Assembly (NCBI GenBank): GCA_964598125.1
Contig: CAZRAG010000003.1
Location: 1-52,885, forward strand
Length of the DNA: 52,885 nucleotides
Direction: 5' to 3'
DNA from: an uncultured Pseudomonadales bacterium
GTDB lineage: Bacteria > Patescibacteriota > Microgenomatia > UBA1400 > UBA1396
Shown here: in pieces, positions 29,686-37,062 of the stretch
Position numbering within the stretch: the first letter of the stretch is position 1
Layout of the letters: each line of letters opens with the position of its first letter
Program-made: the position numbers and the translations under genes
The notes under the pieces: generated by a model
The model's input: only the letters and a program-made list of their open reading frames with translations
Told to the model about the DNA's origin: nothing
Databases searched by the model: none

Positions 29686-29736
29686 GGAGTCTCCCTGCTC
29701 AAGCGCTGCGCCTTTCACTTGATCAACCTCTCTCCC
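29680..29736. repeat. Long-range inverted repeat arm A (glyA 3' end to nfo start)
   Basis: Complementary to 31037-31091 in one ungapped register. Confidence 0.85.
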
Positions 29737-31024
29737 TCTCACAAAACTGAATAACTTCCCGGCGAATGGCCTGAAGTCTTGGCTCCTGTTTGGCCCAGTT
29801 CTTGGCAGCTTTAATAACCTCTCGGCGCCCATCTTTATCGGTCGTATCGGATGGCAATGCAAACTGGCGGGTCATGGCTTCAATTTCGGCAATCCACTGT
29901 GCGATGGTATCCATGTCTTTTTCATCCATTCCTCGACTGGTGACGGCTGGAGTGCCCATGCGAACTCCAGAAGGATAAAATGGCGAATGTGGCTCGTTTG
30001 GCACCGTATTTTTATTGGCATAGAGTCCGGCTTGGGCCATGGCAAAGGCAAGTTGTGTTCCTCCACCCCATTCGCTCAAGTCAAGAATCATAAGGTGGGT
30101 GTCAGTTCCACCACCAACTAACTTGAGATTTCTCTTTTGCAAACCAGCAGCGAGGGCCTTGGCGTTCAAACGTATCTGCTTGGCATACTGCTTGAACTGA
30201 GGTGTGGCTGCTTGCTCCAAGGCTACAGCAATTCCTGCGGTCGTGTTGTTGTGCGGACCACCCTGCATTCCTGGAAAAACGGCCTTATCAATTTTGTTGC
30301 CTAAATCGGGATCTCGATCAAGACCTTTTTGCGTAACCAAAATCATCGCGCCACGCGGACCTCGTAGGGTTTTGTGGGTCGTGGTCATGACAACATGGGC
30401 ATGCGGCACCGGATCAGGATGCTCACCGGCTACAACTAAGCCAGCGACATGCGAAATGTCAGCCACAAGCCAAGCTCCTACTTCATCGGCAATCTTGGCA
30501 AATTCTTCAAAATGGAGCTCAAAGGGATACGCGGTGTTACCGATAATGATCAGCTTTGGCTTGTGTTCTTGCGCCAGTCGTCGAACTTCGTCTAGATCGA
30601 TCCGGGCATCAGCATTCAAACCAAATTGGACCGTGTGGTAAAAGGTACCACCAAAAGTTACTTTGGGATGCCCATGGGTAAGGTGTCCACCACTTGATAA
30701 GCGCAGACCCAGCATGGTATCACCAGGCTGTAAGAGAGCCATTTCGATGGCCGCGTTTGCCGGACTGCCACTATAAGGCTGCACATTCACATGAGGAACG
30801 CCAAAAAGCTTTTTGGCATTCTCTATGGCGAGCGTCTCAATCTCATCAATGATCTCATTCCCCTCATAGTATCGACGGCGAGCATAGCCTTCAGAGTATT
30901 TGTTCATCAGGCAAGAACCCACCGCTTCCATGACTTCGGGGGAAGTAAAGTTCTCAGAAGGAATAAGCTGAATAGTTGTGTGTTGGCGCTCACATTCGCG
31001 AGCAATCAATTCTTGTATGGTCAT
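29723..31024 (-). CDS. glyA: Serine hydroxymethyltransferase
   Basis: LIPSENF, NKYSEGY, NVQPYSG, GGHLTHG, TTTHKTLRGPRG (PLP Lys), QGGP, GVRMGTPA. Confidence 0.97.
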   Translation of the reverse strand: MTIQELIARECERQHTTIQLIPSENFTSPEVMEAVGSCLMNKYSEGYARRRYYEGNEIIDEIETLAIENAKKLFGVPHVNVQPYSGSPANAAIEMALLQPGDTMLGLRLSSGGHLTHGHPKVTFGGTFYHTVQFGLNADARIDLDEVRRLAQEHKPKLIIIGNTAYPFELHFEEFAKIADEVGAWLVADISHVAGLVVAGEHPDPVPHAHVVMTTTHKTLRGPRGAMILVTQKGLDRDPDLGNKIDKAVFPGMQGGPHNNTTAGIAVALEQAATPQFKQYAKQIRLNAKALAAGLQKRNLKLVGGGTDTHLMILDLSEWGGGTQLAFAMAQAGLYANKNTVPNEPHSPFYPSGVRMGTPAVTSRGMDEKDMDTIAQWIAEIEAMTRQFALPSDTTDKDGRREVIKAAKNWAKQEPRLQAIRREVIQFCERERG

Positions 31025-31036
31025 GTTCCCCTTTCT

Positions 31037-31092
31037 GGGTGAGAGGTTGATCAGGTGAGGTGAAAAGCGCTCGAGCAGGGAGTCACCTTAAG
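31037..31092. repeat. Long-range inverted repeat arm B (tmk stop to glyA 5' UTR)
   Basis: Complementary to 29682-29736. Confidence 0.85.
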
Positions 31093-31762
31093 CGCACATT
31101 CCTCGGGCCTGAATCTCTACCCAAATATCTTCTTCTATATCGTCAATTGGCTGGCTGGCATCAATGGTGACCCAACGGTCACGCGTATCTTGTTTCACAA
31201 GTGATAAATAGGCATCGCGAACTTTGGCATGGAAATCAAGTGTTTCCATGTCAAGGCGATTCATTCCCTCTTCTGCTCCTTCTCGACGACTCAAACCTAT
31301 TTTAGGATCAAGATCGAGCAAAAAGGTCATATTGGGATAAATACTTTTTGTAGAGATATCGTTCAGCTGCTCGATAAGATCAGCACCGAAACCACGCACA
31401 ATTCCCTGATAAACCACCGAACTATCACGCGTGCGATCCATAAGCACAACTTTACCAGCTTCCAAGCTGGGGATCACAACTTCGCGATATAACTGAGCAC
31501 GGGAGGCTTGGAATAATAAAACTTCAGCGGTGTAGGCAATGCCAATGTTTTTGGCACTTAAAACCACTTCACGAATTTGTTCGGCAATGGGCGTACCACC
31601 TGGTTCGCGCAATACCACCACTTGCTTTCCACAGGCTTCAAGACGAGTGCGCAAACGATGGATTTGTGTTGACTTACCACCACCTTCTCCACCCTCAAAC
31701 GAAATAAGGAAACCGGAATAGGTTTGCTCGGGGTAATGAGTCTGCATGGCGTCGGTTGACAT
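31088..31762 (-). CDS. tmk: Thymidylate kinase
   Basis: ISFEGGEGGGKST, REPGG, DRTRDSSVVYQG, LDLDP. Confidence 0.95.
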   Translation of the reverse strand: MSTDAMQTHYPEQTYSGFLISFEGGEGGGKSTQIHRLRTRLEACGKQVVVLREPGGTPIAEQIREVVLSAKNIGIAYTAEVLLFQASRAQLYREVVIPSLEAGKVVLMDRTRDSSVVYQGIVRGFGADLIEQLNDISTKSIYPNMTFLLDLDPKIGLSRREGAEEGMNRLDMETLDFHAKVRDAYLSLVKQDTRDRWVTIDASQPIDDIEEDIWVEIQARGMCA

Positions 31763-31842
31763 ACGATTTCCAGTGTAATCGAGAAGCATTGGGAAAACAA
31801 CCAAGAGCCGGTTTTAAAAATAAACTCTCAACTCAGAAAACC

Positions 31843-32892
31843 CTAGCGAATCTCGGCAGGCTTTGTTGATTCAACCAGAGCCTTATTTTGTGAAATAATT
31901 TGCTCGCGAGCAACAATTTGGGCAATTTCTTCCGGTCTCTTCCCTGGGTAGCGTTGCGCTAAAAACTGGCGGGGAGTTTGCTGCCCGCCAATCACAAATC
32001 CTGGAGGAATAATACTGAGTGGGAACTGATCACGTATCGCGCGAACTTGCTTTTTTGTGGGAGCGGCGACGCGAACCACTTCTCCGTTTGGTTGAATTAC
32101 CTGATGAGAAGCAACTAAATAATTGCGCGCATTCTTACCCATTACCTCACCACTCTCAAAATAAAAAGAAGCAGCGAGATTCTCAAGTCCACTGTAGCCA
32201 AACATGGAGCGAGATGTTTCTTCAAGGACCTGATACATTTCCGGTATAACCGTGGCAGCATTGTGCATGTCGAGGTGCCCGTTAAGTGGTTGATCAAAAC
32301 ACTGGGCAAACTGTGCCAATATTTGGCGTTCAGCCTCCTTGGTCAGTTCTTTACTTTTGTCTGGGCCATAGGTGTAACTTTCACTTTTCCCTAGAATGGT
32401 GATCATTTGAGAAAGCGCCGTGGTGAGCCGTTTCCTATCAACCCGAATACCAGCTAAGGCTCCATTTGCTTCTGTAAAAAATGCTGCAAGATCCATGACC
32501 GTGTCTACGGATGTGCGATCTTGTACCGATACGTGCGTTTGGGGTGCGGCCAAGAGTGCTTGCGTCATGAATGTCTCAACCCGCGGGAGGGTGGTCGAGA
32601 CTTCACGTTGCACTTCTCGACCTCTTTTGGCCATGAAGAGACCTGGATATTTAAAGGTATAGGCCAGAACATCAGCTAATTCGATAAGTGAGTATTCTGG
32701 TGACTTGCCACTCGATACCGCAGTGAGAAGTTCCATGAGTTCACCCATGAGTTTGAAGTAGACATCACGAACACTATGCTCCGCAAGATGACGGCGACGC
32801 TCCCAGTTCTCGGTGATCGCGAGCAGCTCTGCTTGTCCATTATGAAAAACCTTATCCGAAAAAAAACTCTCACCGCGAAAAGGGGCAGCCAT
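31843..32892 (-). CDS. MazG-like NTP pyrophosphohydrolase with large insertion and extension
   Basis: KLMGELMELLTAV...IELADVLAY, plus distal MGKNARNY; located between dut and tmk. Confidence 0.6.
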   Translation of the reverse strand: MAAPFRGESFFSDKVFHNGQAELLAITENWERRRHLAEHSVRDVYFKLMGELMELLTAVSSGKSPEYSLIELADVLAYTFKYPGLFMAKRGREVQREVSTTLPRVETFMTQALLAAPQTHVSVQDRTSVDTVMDLAAFFTEANGALAGIRVDRKRLTTALSQMITILGKSESYTYGPDKSKELTKEAERQILAQFAQCFDQPLNGHLDMHNAATVIPEMYQVLEETSRSMFGYSGLENLAASFYFESGEVMGKNARNYLVASHQVIQPNGEVVRVAAPTKKQVRAIRDQFPLSIIPPGFVIGGQQTPRQFLAQRYPGKRPEEIAQIVAREQIISQNKALVESTKPAEIR

Positions 32893-32948
32893 ATGTTTAC
32901 TACGTTACCCCGCTATAACTTTGGAAACAACTCTTGAATGGCTTTCAA

Positions 32949-32996
32949 ACACCGTCTATAGTGTTTATTTCAAAGTAGAGACACTACTCGTAGAAT
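32949..32996. promoter_or_regulatory. Tandem NrdR-box-like sites (32949-32964, 32981-32996)
   Basis: ACACCGTCTATAGTGT (13/16 to ACACTATATATAGTGT) and ACACTACTCGTAGAAT (10/16), 32 bp apart. Confidence 0.6.
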
Positions 32997-33425
32997 TCAA
33001 GATCTTTCACCCGTACTGCCAAAGCCGCCTCGATCCGCATTCCCAAGATGCTCTACTCGCTCAAGATTCATTCGGGTATAAGGCAAAATAATCATTTGCA
33101 CGATACGTTCGCCGCGCTCGATGGTTTGTGGTTCGTTGGAAAAATTCAAAAGTGCGGCTTGATATTCGTCATTGTCACCGCAAAAATCAGCATCACCAAC
33201 GCCAATTCCATTGGCCAAGTTTACCCCTTTTTTGTGCAACGAACTGCGCGGAGCCAACAATGCCCAGTGGCCTGGCGGCAACTCAACCGCCACATTGAGG
33301 GGAACTTTTGCCACGCTGTGTGGTTGAATTTCCACAGTTTCGCGTGCATACAAATCAAACGCTACCGACCCTTCGGTTTGATACTGCGGCATTGGCAAGG
33401 TAGGATCAAAAAGTTTAATTTTCAT
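32997..33425 (-). CDS. dut: Trimeric dUTPase
   Basis: AFDLYA, PRSSL, GVGDADFCG, ERIVQ, RGGFGSTG. Confidence 0.95.
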   Translation of the reverse strand: MKIKLFDPTLPMPQYQTEGSVAFDLYARETVEIQPHSVAKVPLNVAVELPPGHWALLAPRSSLHKKGVNLANGIGVGDADFCGDNDEYQAALLNFSNEPQTIERGERIVQMIILPYTRMNLERVEHLGNADRGGFGSTGERS

Positions 33426-33431
33426 AGTGTT

Positions 33432-33992
33432 TTACGCCTCTTTTTTTATGTAGTGGTGAACTTTCGTGACCGGTGATAAATCAATGGTTTCGACAAGCTT
33501 CATATCTTTTTCTAATTGATAATCTGGAGCAAAAAGTGGAATGCCTTGCCCAAAATGGACATTTTCTTCTACCGTTATCCACATTTGGGTAACCACACCG
33601 CTCGCCACGTAGTGTTGATACACACTTGCTCCACCGCTTACGGCAAGTTGGTTCAATCCCAACTGGATAAGCTTCTCAATCAATTTTTGGGGCGACAAAC
33701 TGGTGTAGTAGACCTGACCTTTTTCCAGACTTAGCGCGTTGGCAACTTGGTCAACCCCGTCTGGCAATGTGCGAGTAAGCACGAGGTTAACGCGATTGGG
33801 CAAAGGTTTATTGAAAGTTTCGTAGGTACTCCGCCCCATAACAATTACGCCCGCCTCGGTTGATTTTTGGCGATAAAAATTGGCGTCCTCTTTGCTGGTC
33901 CAGCGGGTAGAAAGTTCGTTGGCGTGACGGGCAATAAAGCCATCGGCGGTTTGAGCAGCAATCAAAATGCAAGAGAAAACACCTTTGGTCAT
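33432..33992 (-). CDS. folA: Dihydrofolate reductase family protein
   Basis: AAQTADGFIA, SKED, VMGRSTYE, PLPNRVNLVLT, GGASVY; TATAAT 6 nt before ATG 33992. Confidence 0.88.
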   Translation of the reverse strand: MTKGVFSCILIAAQTADGFIARHANELSTRWTSKEDANFYRQKSTEAGVIVMGRSTYETFNKPLPNRVNLVLTRTLPDGVDQVANALSLEKGQVYYTSLSPQKLIEKLIQLGLNQLAVSGGASVYQHYVASGVVTQMWITVEENVHFGQGIPLFAPDYQLEKDMKLVETIDLSPVTKVHHYIKKEA

Positions 33993-34004
33993 ACAGCCAT
34001 TATA

Positions 34005-34084
34005 AGGGCCTGGCCCTTGATTCCCAGATGGAAAAATAGTGTCGTCATAAATTCTACCTGGTGATTGATCCAGGGCCAGGCCCT
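34005..34084. promoter_or_regulatory. Pair of perfect palindromes AGGGCC-W-GGCCCT (34005-34017, 34072-34084)
   Basis: In the folA/cytidylyltransferase divergent promoter; first copy abuts the folA -10. Confidence 0.6.
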
Positions 34085-34143
34085 TGCCTTCGCCGCCTAA
34101 CCCCGATACAGTGTGAACTATTATCACCAATACTTTCATTTCT

Positions 34144-34662
34144 ATGCAAAATAAAATCATCGCTGATCAGCAGCAGCTCACTTCTCTCATCAAAAAATAT
34201 CGCCAGCAAGGCGGGAAAATTATTCTCACCCAAGGCTCTTTTGACATGGTGCATATTGGCCATGGCCGGTACCTTCAGGCGGCCAAAGATCTTGGTGATG
34301 TTCTGATTGTTGGTGTTGATAGCGATGCCAAGATTCGTCACCGCAAAGGTCCAGATCGGCCGGTTGTTCCCCAAGATGAACGGTTAGAAATGCTCGGTTA
34401 CCTCAGTAGTGTTGATCACGTAATTCTCAAAGAACTGGATGCACCAAAGTGGCATCTTATTAAGGCGATTCGTCCGGATATTTTGGTGGCAACGAAGGAG
34501 ACGTATAAACCAGAGCAAATCAGTGACCTTAAGGAATTCTGCGGCGACGTGGTTGTGCTCGATCCAAAAGCGACAACTTCCACCAGTGCCAAAATCCGTC
34601 GTATCCAGCTAAACGTGGTTTCCAAAATCGAAGCTCTGCTTGAGGAACTCAAAAATGCCTAA
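34144..34662 (+). CDS. Cytidylyltransferase-family nucleotidyltransferase (RfaE2/TagD-like)
   Basis: GSFDMVHIGHGRYL (HxGH), LIVGVDSD, KGPDRPVV, STSAKI. Confidence 0.88.
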   Translation: MQNKIIADQQQLTSLIKKYRQQGGKIILTQGSFDMVHIGHGRYLQAAKDLGDVLIVGVDSDAKIRHRKGPDRPVVPQDERLEMLGYLSSVDHVILKELDAPKWHLIKAIRPDILVATKETYKPEQISDLKEFCGDVVVLDPKATTSTSAKIRRIQLNVVSKIEALLEELKNA

Positions 34663-35515
34663 CCCCAAAACACAAAAAATCATTCTGGCCTATGTTCCCG
34701 TTTTGCATGAAGGGTATCAACAGTTTTTTCACCGCCACCAGGATGCGAACTATCTCTATATTTTGAATCGAGAAATTATCGCCCAGTTTGATCACCTCAT
34801 TCGCAAAGATATTCGAGCCCTTGATCCAGAACTGATTCTAGCCTCGCTCAAAGCCTGGTCACTCTCCTTTCCGGTAGCGGCAATCGGTACCAGCGAGCTC
34901 GCTTCTTTAAATCAACCACAATTTAAAATTATCGTTCCAGAAGAAGATGAACTTAAAACAGTGGTACAAGAATCTCTGCCTTCTGCTCAGATTGTCTATG
35001 ATTCCTATTTTTTGCGGTGGGATGCATCGCGATCAAAAAAAGAACTTCCAGTAAGTGCCGATACTACACTTTCGCAAGCAGAGTTTGATCAGCACATGAT
35101 TGCCCTCACCAAGCAAGATGCGCAAAAAAGCTCGGATTGGTGGCGACAAATTGGAGCGGCCATTGTTAAGAATGGGCAGATTATTTTTCAGGGCTACAAT
35201 CACCATGTTCCACAATCTCAGATGCCTTACGTGAACGGAGACCCTCGTGGGAATTTTCATAAAGGAGAGCATATTGATCTTTCTACAGCTCTCCACGCCG
35301 AGGCTGGTCTGATTGCCCAAGCAGCCAAGAAAGGTGTTTCTTTGGAAAACGCGGAAATGTACGTCACGACATTTCCTTGTCCCAACTGTGCCAAACTCAT
35401 TGCCTACAGCGGAATCAAGAAAGTCTTTTTTCAGGAAGGCTATGCCATGCTGGATGGTGAAAGCATCCTCAAAAGTCAGGATGTCGAGATTATAAAAGTC
35501 ACTCCTGAAAATTAA
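34655..35515 (+). CDS. dCMP deaminase-family protein with N-terminal degenerate nucleotidyltransferase-like domain
   Basis: C-domain GYN, HAEAGL, FPCPNCAK; N-domain YVPVLHEGY resembles an eroded HxGH; overlaps upstream stop. Confidence 0.85.
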   Translation: MPNPKTQKIILAYVPVLHEGYQQFFHRHQDANYLYILNREIIAQFDHLIRKDIRALDPELILASLKAWSLSFPVAAIGTSELASLNQPQFKIIVPEEDELKTVVQESLPSAQIVYDSYFLRWDASRSKKELPVSADTTLSQAEFDQHMIALTKQDAQKSSDWWRQIGAAIVKNGQIIFQGYNHHVPQSQMPYVNGDPRGNFHKGEHIDLSTALHAEAGLIAQAAKKGVSLENAEMYVTTFPCPNCAKLIAYSGIKKVFFQEGYAMLDGESILKSQDVEIIKVTPEN

Positions 35516-35521
35516 ATTTTG

Positions 35522-35980
35522 CTACAACTTTTCTGGTGACTTGCCAATTTTTACCCTCACTGGTTGATAATTGGGATCGTCAATATCCGGCACCAGCAAC
35601 TGAACATGCAAATGGGCCACGCTCCCGGCAGAATAGCGAGTATCGCCAAAGCGCATTGCCACGCCACCCCCTGGTAAGTCATACTCCTTCTCTACCCAAG
35701 CAATCAGTTCAAAAAGTTCTTCACCGGCCTGAGGGTCTAACTGTTGCAAATGCTCGACATGATCACGATAGATAATTAAAAAATGGTGATCTGTGTAATC
35801 ATATGGCCACTGATTTTCTGTGAGAATCCAATGAGACGTTTCGCGCAAGATTGGTTTTTTGTGATATTTGCGCAAATTTTCTTCACAAAATGGACAGTGA
35901 TCGGCAGCGAGAATTTCTTCCATCACGCGGGTTTGGTCCTCTTGCCGAGCATTATCTAAGTCAACGAATTGTTTGGCCAT
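35522..35980 (-). CDS. HIT-superfamily protein (HxHxQ type)
   Basis: CPFC, NQWPY, HFLII, SVAHLHVQL. Confidence 0.85.
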   Translation of the reverse strand: MAKQFVDLDNARQEDQTRVMEEILAADHCPFCEENLRKYHKKPILRETSHWILTENQWPYDYTDHHFLIIYRDHVEHLQQLDPQAGEELFELIAWVEKEYDLPGGGVAMRFGDTRYSAGSVAHLHVQLLVPDIDDPNYQPVRVKIGKSPEKL

Positions 35981-36057
35981 GGTTTTCCCTTCCAGCAACT
36001 TCTAAGTATTGACGAACGAATTCATTGCATAACAAATCATTTTTCTCATTTATGTGA

Positions 36058-36123
36058 GAGTATGTTTTGAAATTTGCACTGGGGTCTCGGGGGTCCCCAC
36101 CCAGCAAATAGAAAAACATACTC
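36058..36123. other. Long imperfect hairpin between thyA and HIT gene
   Basis: GAGTATGTTTT/AAAACATACTC (11 bp), TTTGC/GCAAA, G4/C4 inner helix. Confidence 0.6.
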
Positions 36124-36130
36124 GAGCATT

Positions 36131-37006
36131 TTAAACTGCAACTGGTATATCCCAAATTCCCGGGTTGGGATCATAATCAACGAGTTCAAAGTCCTCAACC
36201 CGGTAATCAAAGATATTCTTTTTTTTGTTTTTGAGAATCATTTTAGGCAGCGGTTTTGGCTCACGTGACAGCATTTCCTTCACTTTATCCACTTGATCCA
36301 CAAAAATATGAGCATCGGAAAAGCTGTGCACATACTCACGTACTGGATAGCCGGTAACTTCACTAAACATAAGCGTCAGTGCCGCATACTGGGCCAAGTT
36401 TGCAGGTAAGCCAATGGGTGTGTCGCAACTCCGCTGGAACATGTGTAACGTGAGCTGATCATTGAGAATGCGAATGTGAATCCATCCATGACACGGACAA
36501 ACCACCACTTTTTGCTGCTTCCCCTCACCGCGAATGGTGTACTGGGGAATCCAAGGCGAAATAAAATGGGTCCGCAATTGTGGCATCTCTTGAATTTGCT
36601 CTACAATATTTTGAATTTGATTAAAAGGTTTCCCTTCGGCAGTGGGAAAATCATGGAAAGCGGCACCGTAACTCCCCGGTCCAAGGTCGCCGGTTTCCAG
36701 ACCACGCTTGTGGCATTTTTTCTCAGTCACCCATGACTTCCACCAAGAACACCCATACTGCTCAAGTTCTGTTTGGGTGCGAGCTCCATTAATAAAACCA
36801 ATGATTTCACCAATGGCACCCTTCCACATTTTTTCTGAAATTTTTCGTTCGGTAATAATGGGAAAACCCTTACTGAGATCAAAACGTAACGGTTTAGGAG
36901 CGATAAGCGTGAGTGCATCAACTTCTTGTTGTGACTCGCCACGCACACCATGATCCAAAATAGATTGGAGAAGTTCGCGATATTGAGTATCAGGGGAAGT
37001 TTGCAT
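36131..37006 (-). CDS. thyA: Thymidylate synthase (ThyA)
   Basis: FPIITERK, GPGSYG, PCH (catalytic Cys), FQRSCD, GLPAN, DAHIF; TATAGT 6 nt before ATG 37006. Confidence 0.95.
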   Translation of the reverse strand: MQTSPDTQYRELLQSILDHGVRGESQQEVDALTLIAPKPLRFDLSKGFPIITERKISEKMWKGAIGEIIGFINGARTQTELEQYGCSWWKSWVTEKKCHKRGLETGDLGPGSYGAAFHDFPTAEGKPFNQIQNIVEQIQEMPQLRTHFISPWIPQYTIRGEGKQQKVVVCPCHGWIHIRILNDQLTLHMFQRSCDTPIGLPANLAQYAALTLMFSEVTGYPVREYVHSFSDAHIFVDQVDKVKEMLSREPKPLPKMILKNKKKNIFDYRVEDFELVDYDPNPGIWDIPVAV

Positions 37007-37062
37007 GTTTCGACTATAGAGGGTCAAAGGGAGAAACTCAAGATTATTAAGTAATAGGTAGA

